From Fonticula alba ATCC 38817 (taxonomy: Eukaryota > Protista > Nucleariida), in the NCBI GenBank assembly GCA_000388065.2, contig KB932203.1: a stretch of DNA of 41,784 nt. One strand, written 5' to 3'. The position numbers were made by a program, and so were the translations under genes. Positions 9,601 to 20,581 of the stretch are shown piece after piece. The notes beneath the pieces are model-generated. The model did no database searches. It saw nothing but the letters and a program-made list of their open reading frames with translations, and was not told the origin of the DNA. Within the stretch, counting starts at the first letter, position 1. Each line of letters starts with the position of its first letter.

Positions 9601-12600
9601 GGAGTCCATGTCATCATCGATATCCCGCTGGATGGGGGGCGGCAGCGGGTCCGTATCGTTGAAGGTCGGATCGGCATAGTCATCGGCCGTCGAGTAGTCC
9701 AGACGGTCCAGCAGCGAGAAGAACTGCTGCATCAGGCGGGCATTGCTCAGCTGGTTGGCCGGGACATGGGGATCCGCCTCGTACTCCTTGAGCGAAGCCG
9801 ACACCGACCCCGGCAGCCGGGGGAAGTCCAGCACCGAGTGCAGGCCGGCCGTGTCGCGGAAGGGGCTGATGGTGGCCGCATCGGTCGGGGCATTGGCCTG
9901 AGACAGGCGCCGGGCCACCTCCATCGGGTGCATGCTGCTCTCCTCCAGCAGGGCACGGAACTCCTCGGTCGGGGCGAGCCCCTGGGCGAAGATGTCCGCC
10001 ACCAGCTGGTTGAAGTTGACGGCAAAGAGGTCGGCCACGGAGTGGCGGTCCGAGGAGCTCAGCTCCCCGCCCAGGGGGTAGTTCTCCGGCAGGCCGGGCA
10101 GCAGCTCCGCCAGGCTGAAGGTGTCCGTGGGCTTGGCATGCGCGGCCAGGTGCGCCAGCACCCGGAGCCAGTGCGTGAAGAGGGCCGTGTTCTCCAGGTA
10201 CAGAGGAGCGGTGAAGTTCAGCTCCGCACCGGGGAAGGGGCACCCCTCGCCCAGGGCCAGGCTCGATGGCAGACCGGAGGCCGGGGTGCCGGCCGCGGCG
10301 CCAGGCGCCACATCGGTCACCGGGTTGAAGCGAGTCATCTCCAGCGGGGAGGCATTGTCAAAGGCCAGGAACGGAGCGAAGGGGGTTCCCAGGCGCGGCT
10401 GCGCCGTGAAGAGGGTCCGGTTGACCGGGCCGGCGGCACCGGCCCAGCCATTCTGCTGGATGTCCACCAGGTGGCCAAGTCCGGCCACATAGGCAATCAT
10501 GTCGCTGACCGACTGGCGGAATTCCTCGGCCAGCAGCAGGGCCGCCCGGCTGTTGGAGAAATCGCCGAAGGAAGCCAACAGAGCCTCATACGTGTGCAGG
10601 AAGGTCAGGTCCGGATCGAAGGCCGGGCGCCGGCTGGGCTCCGGCAGGACCAGCTCCCCGGCCTGGCGCAGGGACTCCATCTCCAGGTACAGGGCACCGG
10701 TCAGGGGGAAGGCCTCCACCAGCTTGGCCAGGGAGGCGGGCATGGCCGGCGAGGGCCGGCCACCGGTCGGCGTGACGGCCGTCGGGTCCAGCACCTGCCC
10801 CTGGGGGGTCTCGGTGGCCGAGGTGGGGCTGATGATCAGCTGCAGAGCCTGGCGCTGGGTGGCGGTCAGCTCCAGGGCATCACGCGCATCGTGGTCCCGG
10901 AAGAGGGGGCTATAATGCCCGGGGTCCGTGAGCCCGGCCAGCCAGGTGAAGGAGGACTGCTCGGAGGCCGACTGAGGGCCATCCTCGTCAGACTCGCCGG
11001 CCGTGACCAGGGGCGAGGTGGCGGCGAAGCGCGCATCGAAGGCAGCCAACGAGCCGGGAACCGTGCGGAAACCGCGAGGGGCCAGCCCGGCCCCGGTCTC
11101 GGCCGCCGCCGCGCCGGTCAGCATGCCACAATGCTCGGGCAGGGACTCGGCGGCGGTGGTCAGCTCGGCGGCGGCTCCGGTCAGCGGGGAGCTGGCGGTC
11201 GGACGCTTGGCGGTGATGACGGTGGTCAGGGCACGGACGCGCTCGGCCACAATGGCATCAGCCGGGCCACTGGGCAGCTGGACCAGGAAGGAAGCCGGGC
11301 CATCCTGGCGGAAGACCTCCGGGAACCGAGGGTAGAAGGCAGCAGCCCCATTGGCGGACACCAGCGAGGCGGCCGGCTGGCCCGAGTGCACGGCCAGGGC
11401 CGGGCCAACGAGCGACTGGTCCAGGCGCTGGATCAGCGACCGGGCAAGATGCCCGGAAATGGCCGCCGGGGCCCGGTGCAGGAAGGGATGCCCCTCCACC
11501 GAGTGAACCACATGCGCGAAGAGCAAGTCCCGGAGGAGCTCGGCGCTGGTGGCCTGGCCGCTGGAAGCCACCGGCTGGTTGAGGACCTTGGCGTACTTGG
11601 AGTTGAACAGGAACTCCAGAGGGCGGTAGGACAGGGGGTCGGTCGGCAGGACCACCGGACGCTTGAACAGGTCAAAGAGCACGCTGTCGGCCACCGGGGC
11701 CAGGGACTGCTCGGTGGCAGACGCACCGGCCTCCGAGGCCGGGGCCTTGCCGGCAGCCAGCTGCTTGAACTCCGGCCGGGCCAGCAGCCCGGTCAAGGGC
11801 TCCAGCATGGCCGCCGATGAGAGGGCCGGCGACTTGGCCAGCATCATGTTGGTCAGGATGTCAGACACCACGGCCGCCTGGGCGCCAGCCGGCAGGGCAG
11901 CCACCCGATTCAGGGTCGGCAGCATGACACCATCGAACACCTGGGCAACACGCTCCAGGCCGGTGGCGCTGTGGGCCAGGTGCCGGGCATGGGGCTTCAT
12001 CGGGCTGTAGCCGTACTCCAGCAGATCAGGCCGAATGGTGCCGGGGTTGCGCAGCGAATAGCCGAGGGCCGTAGAGGCGAAGGTGTCCAGACCGCTGGCC
12101 AGCACGGAATTGACGAAAGCCACCTGGTACTGGAGCGGCGGCAGCGAGGTGTTGTAGGACACCCGGTGGTTGAAGGCCAGCTCCAGGACGTTGTCGATGT
12201 TCTCGCGGGTGATGGGCTTGAAGTCCTCGGCGAACCAGCGCAGGAGCATGGTGCTGGCGGCGGCGCGCGAGCGCTCCACCTCGAGGGCACGCTCAAGGCG
12301 CATGGCCCGGCGAGTGGCCGTGTGCACGCGCCTGGAGGGGAGAGGGGGGAGGGCATCGGGAGGGACAAGGGGAGGGTGAATGACCAGCAGGGGGAGGAGG
12401 GAGGAGGGCATCGGGAGGGCAGACGTACTGCTGGGCAAGCAGGGCCTTGTGCTTGGAGGCCCGGACACTGACCTCGGCCTGGCGGCGGGCCTTGCGCTCC
12501 AGGGCCTCAGGAGAGGTCTTGGCACGCTCCAGCTGCCGGGCCTCGCGGACCAGGCGCTTCTCGTGCATCTCCACGAGGTACTTGCGCCGCATGCGCGAGG

Positions 12601-13104
12601 CCTCCAGCGAGTACGACTGGTCCATGACATTGGGGTTGCCACTGGGCTGCAGGGGGGAAACCTCGTCCTGGTGGTCCGAAGAGGCGGAGGAAAGTGGAGG
12701 CAGGGGGGAGGAGGGGGGAGGGGGGAAAGAGAGGAAGAGACGTGAGCGGGCGGCGGCCTGGGTGCAATCCCGGGGAGGAGGCAGGAAGGAGGGACAGAGG
12801 AATGGGTGGAGACGGCGGCAGCCGCAACAGCAGCAACAGCAAAGACGGAGAGCAGGCCGGGGTGAAAGAGGCGGGACCGGGGCAAGAGGGGGTGGAGGAA
12901 GAAGGCACGCACACGCTTGATGTTCTCGCGAGTGCGCTGGATCAGGGTGTTGCGAGTGGCGAGCTTGCGCTCCTTCTCGGCCAGGCGCTTCTCGGCGAAC
13001 TGGGCGATCGACACCGACAACGGAACACGGGCATACTGGCGGGCGTGCTCCATGGGAGCGGCGGAGGCCAGCTGGCCGGCGCGGAAAATGTTGGAGGAGA
13101 GCAT
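6640..13104 (-). CDS. ~2033-aa protein: mitochondrial presequence, mitoribosomal mS26 (MRPS26)-like region (~aa 1-200), then a ~1830-aa uncharacterised extension
   Basis: Exons 13104-12913, 12646-12429 and 12331-6640 total 6102 nt, in frame, with GTGCGT/GTACGT donors. The N-terminus MLSSNIFRAGQLASAAPMEHARQYA is presequence-like. A charged helical segment is followed by KPITRENIDNVLELAFNHRVSYN, matching the recalled mS26 C-terminal motif [22 protein letters not shown]. Confidence 0.8.
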   Translation of the reverse strand: MLSSNIFRAGQLASAAPMEHARQYARVPLSVSIAQFAEKRLAEKERKLATRNTLIQRTRENIKRVRAFFLHPLLPRSRLFHPGLLSVFAVAAVAAAAVSTHSSVPPSCLLPGIAPRPPPAHVSSSLSPLPPPPPCLHFPPPLRTTRTRFPPCSPVATPMSWTSRTRWRPRACGASTSWRCTRSAWSARPGSWSVPRPLLRPWSARPAARPRSVSGPPSTRPCLPSSTSALPMPSSLLPLLVIHPPLVPPDALPPLPSRRVHTATRRAMRLERALEVERSRAAASTMLLRWFAEDFKPITRENIDNVLELAFNHRVSYNTSLPPLQYQVAFVNSVLASGLDTFASTALGYSLRNPGTIRPDLLEYGYSPMKPHARHLAHSATGLERVAQVFDGVMLPTLNRVAALPAGAQAAVVSDILTNMMLAKSPALSSAAMLEPLTGLLARPEFKQLAAGKAPASEAGASATEQSLAPVADSVLFDLFKRPVVLPTDPLSYRPLEFLFNSKYAKVLNQPVASSGQATSAELLRDLLFAHVVHSVEGHPFLHRAPAAISGHLARSLIQRLDQSLVGPALAVHSGQPAASLVSANGAAAFYPRFPEVFRQDGPASFLVQLPSGPADAIVAERVRALTTVITAKRPTASSPLTGAAAELTTAAESLPEHCGMLTGAAAAETGAGLAPRGFRTVPGSLAAFDARFAATSPLVTAGESDEDGPQSASEQSSFTWLAGLTDPGHYSPLFRDHDARDALELTATQRQALQLIISPTSATETPQGQVLDPTAVTPTGGRPSPAMPASLAKLVEAFPLTGALYLEMESLRQAGELVLPEPSRRPAFDPDLTFLHTYEALLASFGDFSNSRAALLLAEEFRQSVSDMIAYVAGLGHLVDIQQNGWAGAAGPVNRTLFTAQPRLGTPFAPFLAFDNASPLEMTRFNPVTDVAPGAAAGTPASGLPSSLALGEGCPFPGAELNFTAPLYLENTALFTHWLRVLAHLAAHAKPTDTFSLAELLPGLPENYPLGGELSSSDRHSVADLFAVNFNQLVADIFAQGLAPTEEFRALLEESSMHPMEVARRLSQANAPTDAATISPFRDTAGLHSVLDFPRLPGSVSASLKEYEADPHVPANQLSNARLMQQFFSLLDRLDYSTADDYADPTFNDTDPLPPPIQRDIDDDMDSDVFGPIIPKMPNGEPMFSAPAGTARRLLTSTGYALDVLTPDSESLPVIPPPDVNPRNFVDRKFPSKEEEELKRATASLSANPAGELDFDHEATSAFFLSSSSSGEDSFASDGASHGSWGVPSGRALKSFSTPGDAPAGASGSRYTGLALFDSSESEADSTWDSVHGSSGINTPTAFESLIGRPAPKASGAMLALLAGCKLDDVETRMRQLNTKASLSGLVQDLIRQMPAGVAADPAARYASFGPLSGLASLQGTSLRSPLLGQAPSTAVLMAGSYRPSAVNFVHDFALAFAQDTASCSIQEFPDFVRNKFLQTAAEDGVEATSADLHPGLINSSVISQVVPFHHLAMPSSLPAGGAYAMSALLGLFPQHFDFVKRFRDSIGDSQATLPGLGPVALGPDGPLLATGSLPEQLRAALMVMTEHPAMASAVAIDAGLRYSALHFVAHSGLLSDPRVSRQISSLVTPQQVLKMVLQRVGAGNVLSLDGMPLTSVEQLEALSARVNEAPSMAALPVSLVDALYGFLAEDILDVLVQHRPFLREEDHRFPGFASATDRRLAYSTAEMFQLHRSLGCPTDEQMSLFSTDAGVEAASAGAAAPSVLHLMQYATHATGLDAAAFPGGLLDPEQLTVALNTANGVTSPDGGLAGSGASADGIVNAPVTKEIPMPEWPATGSPALEASPFLQDFNLALKTSPHNFANLRASLSTYSRTSRFAKAAHEASSLNNLTAAADLFRSHFPTNETAAQEDRILELGLRPTTSVDLIMAPFASTKMLQRSEFDEAESTLFFRMERERQGYACAQTQLAVRRRFIEEVSRRPSSSDTSLPHASDQALFSPEAEAFYSAPAVSALSPEARMLNPRDQNILRALASLGSAHAWSVSNQETASVSADYLRRSSFSTLSAEHEHILQQQVPELMDLLESSNTVDYIREAVTGEVDINPLPFNAMDSSHVPMVESPDHAVLNRFQFAESTDESGGDLDYNRVFRTEGYF

Positions 13105-14288
13105 TTCCGACGGAGGGGGAGAGGGGGGAGGGGGGGGGACGCGGGATCGGGCGAACAGGCGGGGGCGGGAGGGGGAGTGAGGGAAAGGGGGGCCCTCAAA
13201 GGGGGAAGGGATCACACGGGGTCACCGGGGTGTGGAACCTCGCGCGGAGACTGACAACCGGCGGCGGCCGAACCGGAGGCAGGGCGGAGCAAGGCAGAGG
13301 GAGATGTGTGGGGCACGAGGTGGTCAGCAGGTGACGGTGACAGCGCGGCGGCGGCGGCGACGCAAGATCGGGCAGGGTACCGGGGGCCAGATGAAGGACA
13401 CCGAGGCTGGGGGCTCTCGCGTCTCGCCTTTCTCAGAGAAGGGTCAGAGGAGGGAGGGNNNNNNNNNNNNNNNNNNNNNNNNNNNNNNNNNNNNNNNNNN
13501 NNNNNNNNNNNNNNNNNNNNNNNNNNNNNNNNNNNNNNNNNNNNNNNNNNNNNNNNNNNNNNNNNNNNNNNNNNNNNNNNNNNNNNNNNNNNNNNNNNNN
13601 NNNNNNNNNNNNNNNNNNNNNNNGTGCGCTTCCACACACACAGGGGAGGACAGCGAAGACAGCGGCTAGGTCTGTCAGGCACGCAACAGAAGGAGGGGAG
13701 GAAGGGGGAGGGGGGCGAGGCGAGGAGGGAGGTAGCCTGTTGGAGCGCGGCTGCCCGGGGACGCCAGGGGCGCGCGGCATCGTCCGAAAAAGGCCAGCAA
13801 AAGCCCTCGCGTCCTTGGCGCGCGGTCCGGCGATGAGAGGCAGGCTTCGGGGATGGGCAGGCGGGGGGGGGGGGCATGGCAGGCCACCGTGCGCCAGGTC
13901 CGTGCGGACTGGCTGCCGCCCGCGCGGGTCGGGCGTGGGCTCGCGCCAGACTCCCCCGGGCAGGGCGGGCCGGGCGGAGGCGGGCCCTGCCCGCGCGCGC
14001 GCGGCGGGGGGGGGGGGGGGGGGGGCAATGCTGACCTCGCTCCGGCAACCGCTTGCCCCGTACCAGGCTCCGCGGTGACGAAACCTAAAGCCCACGCCGT
14101 TGAGGCCCGGTGTGTGGCCCGAGCACGCGCGTGCGCGTGCGATCTCTCAGCATTGTTCGATCCCCCACAAGCCAGACTAGCGCCCGCCCTGGAGACCCCC
14201 CGCCTCCTGCGCGCCCGGGAACCGGACGACGGTGTCGGCCCCACGCACATGCCCGGCCGGCGCGAGGGGGGCCAAATGCGTGGGGCAC

Positions 14289-14290
<2 letters not shown>

Positions 14291-14348
<58 letters not shown>
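14291..14348. repeat. (CA)n microsatellite
   Basis: Directly visible. Confidence 0.95.
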
Positions 14349-14350
<2 letters not shown>

Positions 14351-14673
14351 CCGGCTCTCGCACGGCGGCGTAGCCACCGCAAGGTGCGGCACAACACCAC
14401 GCAGAGCAGCGGCCCAGCCGAAGAGACCAGGGGGCAGAGCCACAGGCGCCGGCCCAAAGCCACAAACAGAGCGGCAACACGCCGGCGCGCTTGAGAATAG
14501 AAAGACCGAAGGTCCACGGCCAAGATGCTAATCTAACCCTGGTGGCCTCGGTTAATACAGCAACATTACGAGACAACGGCATTCCCGGATGCCAACTCAT
14601 TGGGTGTGTGGTGCTTTGGCCATGACTCTCCGCGCGTCGGAAGGGCATTTGGCAATGATGTTTATTCGCGTGA

Positions 14674-17480
14674 TCAGAGGAAGCGATAAACTGCCGACGG
14701 ACCGTACTCCAGGTACTGTTCGTAGGAAAGTCCCGCCGTTTGGGCGGCTTCCTCGGCGCTGCCGGCCCCGGTGGAGGTGGCGGCCCCGGCGGATGTGGCC
14801 GCGGCTCCGGCCGCGGCGGGGCCGCCGGCAGACGGCCACACGAAGCGCGCCACCGTGGCCAGACCCGACCAGGGGGCGTTCGGCGTGGCAGCCGATGCGG
14901 CGGCCGCCGCATCCAGCAGGGTGTTCCCTCCGTCACTGGTGGCTGTGTGATTGTCGCCCAGGCCGCCAGGAGGGGTGGCGACAGATCCGCGTGCCGGATC
15001 GACTGTGGGTGACCCGGGCGTGAGGCCGAGCTCGGCAAGTGCGGCCGCCCGGCCCGGCAGTCCGGAGGACTCCAGATAGCGCGGTGGGCAAATCAGTCGC
15101 AAGGAAAAGCCCCCACTGCCGGGCTCGCCGCCGGCCAGGGAACCGATCGCGCCATCTAGATCCATGCTTGAGGAGGACCCGGTCAAGGGGCTGGATGCCG
15201 AGACACCGGGGTCTTCGGGCGACAGAACGGCCGCATGCTTGACGTATGGCAGCAGGTGCGAGACATCGTGGATGACCCGCTGGGCGAGGCCTGTGGACAA
15301 TGGCAGAGGCGGGGGAGGGGGGGGGGGGCACGGGCAAAGAAGACCGGCGGAGGGGACGAGATAGAGGGGCCATCAGGATGAGACTGCGGGGGGGGAGGGG
15401 GACAGAGAGAACGCGGGGGCATGCGCATGCGCAAGGGACACGGCGGCATGAGCGGACAAGCGGACACGCACCCGGAATGAGTGACCCGCCGCCAGTAAGG
15501 AATATCCCGCCGAGGACACGCTCCTTCTGGTCCATGGTCGGCAGGGCGTCCACGGCATTTTGGATAAGCTGCGGCAGGGAGGGGAACTCCGCGCACGTGG
15601 GGCCCGACGCGTAGTCAGCAAAGAGGCCGGCCATGATGGCGGCAAATTGCGGGGATGCGCCCTCGGTCGCCGGGGCCGGGGCCCCAGTCGCGCCACTGCC
15701 GGCGCTGCCACCAATGCCGCCTCGGCTGCCGGTAGCCTCATGACCGATGGATCCCGGGGGGATGCGGATGTCCGCGGGGACTGTCTCCGGGTGGAAGAGA
15801 AGCTCAACTACCCGGTGTGCGGCCGCCGGGGGGATGGCCACGCGCTGATGAGTGGGGGGGGGGGAGGGGGGTAGGCATGGCACGGAGGAAGAAGGGGGCG
15901 AGGAGTCGATGTAAATACCTGAGTAGACAGGGAGAGGGAGAGGGGGAAAGAGGGGGGGAGAGAGAGAGAGAGAGGCCCAAATAGGGCACCAGGGAGGCCC
16001 ACCACGCACATAGCCCGAGGACAGGGACACATCGGCGACCGACATGCGCTGGAGCTGCTGCTGAACCTGCTGGTACGTGAGGCCACCGACCGGCGGCGAC
16101 AGGACCGGAGTGGCCTGGGCCCCGACCAGCGGCTGCCCGGCCGGCGACACGCCACCATACCCGTGTCCGCTGTAGGCGAAGGTGATCGACCCGAAGCCGA
16201 TGGGGCCAATGTTGACGGCCAGCTGCCGGCCCGGCCCCGATGTGCGAGACACGGTCGGCGGCAGGAGCTGCGACGTGGGCAGGCCCCCAGTGAAGGCTCG
16301 AATGACCTGCTCTTTGGCCCGGCGCGCGTCGCCCAAAGAGGGAGTCCACTCGGCCCGGCGGGCGGCAGACAGTGGCACATCAGATCCACTGGCGGATTCA
16401 CTGCCGGCCTGGGTGACTTCAACCGCGCGATCGCCTCGCCGGAACACCTGGATCGCGCTATCATGCATCAGATGCTGCGGCGGTGTAGATGGCGTAGACG
16501 GTTAGCGGTGAGGGGAGGAGGAGGAGCACACGAATGACGGGGGAGGCCATAGCAGCCGGGGGGGGGGGGGGGGGGAGAGAGAGAAAGGAACACGACAGGC
16601 AAGGGACGGGATGAGAGGCGGAGAGACGGCGGAGCAGCGGCAATGGCAGTAGCAATTCCTGCTGCCGCCGCTGTTGCCGCAGCTGCTGCACATGCGCACC
16701 CAAAGCATGTACTGGTCAAGGAGATTGCCGGCCAGCGGGGAGCGACGTGTTGCATGGCGAACTGGCTCGCTATCCAACACCGGGGTCACCTCTATAAAAA
16801 CGGTGGGGCATGGGGCGTATCAATATCGACAGCAGCCGAGGGGGAAGAAGAGAAGGCGAGGGAGCCGGAGCCGACGCACCAACACACTCGGCTCCAATGT
16901 CAATGACCAGGCCATCGGTCAGACCACAGCCCCAGAGAGCGGCCACGGGCCGTGGGACTCCCATGAGCGCGGCCACCGGGACGTCCAGCCCTTCGAAGGC
17001 GATCTGCGCCAGATATTCCAGATCCCGGCGAGGCTGCAGCGAGGGCAGAGCCACCGTGTGCGCCGGCAGGAGCGCCTGCGTCCGGAGAAACGGGGCCGCA
17101 GATGCCAGGGCCGTGGCGCAGTGTTGCCTACCCCAAGTGAGGGGAGGTGATGGTGGTGGTGGTGGTGGGGGTGGTTAGAGGTTGGGGCCAGTGAATCAAG
17201 AGGGTGGAGGGAAGGAGAGAGAGAGAGGGGGGGGGGACAAGATCTGACGCGCGCGTACCAGGTAGCCGCATATGCTTCCCAGTTAGTGACAATCCCCGCG
17301 GAGAAGGGTGACACGTCAAGGCCCGCCGGCGGAGGGGCCAAATCAAACGGCCCGTCACCGGAGCCCGGGAACCCCCGCCCACCCAGGGCCTCGGTTGAGG
17401 TACAGAAATGCAGCAGCGGTGGGGCCAGCGGATTGGCTGGGCCATAGCGCGTGGAGAACCCACCCACATCCAGGGCGGCC

Positions 17481-17512
<32 letters not shown>

Positions 17513-17536
17513 TGCTGCTGCTGCTGCGGACGACAT
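14674..17536 (-). CDS. Divergent actin-related protein, nuclear type (Arp4/Arp9-like), multi-exon with large insertions
   Basis: Actin-fold motifs occur in the expected order: ALDVGGFSTRYG, GIVTNWEAYAATW, LAQIAFEGLDVP, LWGCGLTDGLVIDIG, TPVLD..SPLAG, VVELLFHPE, IFLTGGGSLIPGLAQRV, PWSGLATVARF, LSYEQYLEYGPSAVYR. There is an N-terminal poly-Ala. Confidence 0.85.
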
Positions 17537-18093
17537 ACTTCAACGGCCCCACGAAACGGGGAGGGGGGAGGCTACCCAGAGGCGAGTGAGGGGAGGACAG
17601 AGGAAGAAGAGAGTGGGTGTAGGTACGTGGAGGTGCGTGCGTGTGTGTGTGTGTGTGTATGGGTATGCGTGCGTGTGCAACCGGGCCGAGGAGTGCAGTG
17701 TGGTGGGTGGGGAGGGGTAAAAAGGGGAGGCGGCGCTGCCACACTGATAGGGCCCGTATGATGGCGGAGCACTCCCATTTTTCGGGCGATCCTGAGATTC
17801 CCCCCTCCCCTCGCCCTGCCCCCTGACCGAGGAGCCGGCGCGGCGCGTACACGCACCAGCGCGTCCCGATGAACGGCCAGCGATCAACTAGCCAACAGCC
17901 AACGCATTCGCGTAACGATGGCACATATCATGCCTGTGGTGGGCGTGATCATACTCGCCGCTGGTGAGGTGACCTGCCCCTTTCCCTCCCCGAACCAGGG
18001 AGAAGAAGGACAAGGAACACACCACAGGCAAGGGGAGAGGCCGACGACGCATCGGCTCTAGATCTTCCGGGCTGCGACAGGGGGAATCGCACT

Positions 18094-18134
<41 letters not shown>
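18094..18134. repeat. 41-nt poly-G homopolymer next to an assembly gap
   Basis: Directly visible. Confidence 0.9.
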
Positions 18135-18135
<1 letters not shown>

Positions 18136-18804
18136 GTGGGGCAAGAGCAGCNNNNNNNNNNNNNNNNNNNNNNNNNNNNNNNNNNNNNNNNNNNNNNNNN
18201 NNNNNNNNNNNNNNNNNNNNNNNNNNNNNNNNNNNNNNNNNNNNNNNNNNNNNNNNNNNNNNNNNNNNNNNNNNNNNNNNNNNNNNNNNNNNNNNNNCCC
18301 CCCCCCCCCGCGCGGTGTGTACGTGAAAAAAAGAACCGACAAAGGCCGGGGTGTTTCGTATTGCTTTATTGGTTTTGGGGTTGGTGTGTGCGTGCGTGCG
18401 TGCGTGCGTACATGTGTGCAGGGGGGGGGGGGGGCATACGCACGCATGGGCGCATCTGCACCACAAGAGGGGACATGGCCTCGAGTGATGGTGGCTCTCC
18501 ATCGCGGGTGTTGGGCTGAGCGTGTGCGTTTTCCCTCTCTTCCTCGTCTGTGAGGTGAGGGGAGAGAAGGAATAATCGGAGAGGAGGGACAGCGGAAGGG
18601 AGGGGGGGGGGTGCTAGAGAGCTGGGGGCCAGTCGGGGAGAGGAGGATGTGTACTGTGAGGGGGAGGGGGGAGGGGGGAGGGGGCGCCCTCTGAGGCCCC
18701 CGCAATCCCTGGAGGGGGTGGTGCGCGCGCGCGACCGAAGGGGAGAGAGGGATCACACGCTGTCCGCATGACGGCACACGGGGGGGGGGGGGGCGGATAC
18801 ATGC

Positions 18805-20181
18805 TTACAGACCGAGAGCAAGAGACTTCTTAATCTCAGCAATGGCCTTGGCGGGGTTGAGACCCTATGTTGGCGGCGGATGCGAGGAGAGGGACGGAGG
18901 GAGGAGGGGTGCATATGTGTAAGTACGCCATCGGTGCCGAGGGAGGGAGAAAGTAGCGCAAAAGAGGGGAGAGAGAGAGGGGGGGGGAGAGAGGGATCTC
19001 AAAGGAGGGGCGCGCACCTTCGGGCAAGTACGAGTGCAGTTGAGAATGGTGTGGCAGCGGTAGAGGGAGAACGGGTCCTTCAGGGCGGCGCGGCGCTCGG
19101 TACCGAAGTCGTCACGGCTGTCGATCNNNNNNNNNNNNNNNNNNNNNNNNNNNNNNNNNNNNNNNNNNNNNNNNNNNNNNNNNNNNNNNNNNNNNNNNNN
19201 NNNNNNNNNNNNNNNNNNNNNNNNNNNNNNNNNGAGACCATCGAGCTTGGCACGGTCCTCACGCGACTGGAGGTTCTCCTGCTTCAGGTCGGTGGGGGGG
19301 TTCTTCTGCTTGAGCCAGGGCTCGATCTTGCTGTACTGCTCGTAGAAGTGGGTCATGTCCTGGGAGGGGAGGGAGCGGGAGCGGGAGGGGGAGCCGGAGC
19401 GGTGGGGGGGGGGGAGAGGAAGGGCAAGTACATATGTGAGTGGGAGGGGGAGGAGAGCAGGCGTGCCCAGAGGGCGTGTGCTGGAAGAAAGAGCAGGCAC
19501 ACAGAAGCAGGAGAGGGAAGGGGGCAGGGAGGAAGTGACATCTACGCACCGGGACCAGATCCTTGATCACATACATGTGGGGGAGGGGGTAGATGGTGAC
19601 CGGCTTGCTGGTGTCGATCTTGCACAGGCAGGCCAGGGTGTTGGTGCCGTTGATGTTCATGGCACAGGAGCCGCAAATGCCCTCGCGGCAGGAGCGACGG
19701 AAGGACAGGGTGGAGTCCATCTCGTCCTTGACCTGGATCAGGGCATCGAGGACCATCGGGCCGCAGGTGTCCATGTCGACCTTGTACTCCTGGAGGCGGG
19801 GCTTATCACCGGCGACCTCGGGGTTCTGGACACAGGGTCGAGGGGAGGAGGAGGCAGAGGGAATGGGTGAGATTGCGATGCAGGGGGTATGGGGGAGGGG
19901 GAGAGGAGCCAATGCAATCGAGCGAGAGGCACAAAGGCACGTGTGGGGGGGGGGAGGAAAGCAAAAGAGGGAGACAGAGGGAGGTGGGGCGATGGAGGAT
20001 GCACGCGCGAAGACAAACGCACCCAGCGGTAGATGTTGAAGGAGTGGGTGTTCTTCTTCGGGGCCTCCGGGGTGGCGGCGGCCTGAGAAGCGGCGGCCGA
20101 GGTGTGGAAGGCGCGGGCAGCGACGGCACCGAAGCCGGGACGGAAGGTGCCAAAGGCAGAGCGGGCGAGGGTGGGGAGCAT
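18805..20181 (-). CDS. SDHB: Succinate dehydrogenase iron-sulfur subunit, mitochondrial
   Basis: Presequence [16 protein letters not shown] is followed by [84 protein letters not shown]. The second Cys cluster falls inside the 107-N gap at 19127-19233. Confidence 0.97.
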
Positions 20182-20538
20182 CTCGTAGATTCAGCCTACG
20201 GAAGACACACGAAGGGAGAGGACACGAAGGAGGGGGTAAGTGGGTGGCGATCAGGCTGACGCTGAGAGAGGTGGGGGTGGGGGGAGGGCGGGATCCGTCG
20301 GGGAGCAACAAGGATCAACGCGGGGTGCGACCACGAAGATCCGGAGAAGGCAAGGGAGGCGCTCAAGAGCGTGGGCAAGAGAGAGGCAACCAATGTCGCC
20401 GCTAAAGGCCAGACACGTTTTGGCCCCCTCTGTCCCCCTCCCTCCTCCCTGTGGGAGGGCACGTGCAGAAAGCCGGGCCAGGTGCGCCGAGGGAGAGAGG
20501 GAGAGAAAGGGAATATGCGAGGAGGAAGGGGGGAGGGG

Positions 20539-20581
<43 letters not shown>

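Noticed and set aside
6583-11820. 1745-aa plus-strand ORF
   Set aside because: It is the codon-registered antisense shadow of the mS26-fusion exon. Strong C/G third-position bias removes stops, and the translation is Gly/Arg/Gln-biased with no motifs.
13212-14670. Several ORFs between the ARP 3' end and the mS26-fusion start
   Set aside because: They span an N-gap or microsatellites and have no recognisable protein features. The region is more likely UTR and promoter.
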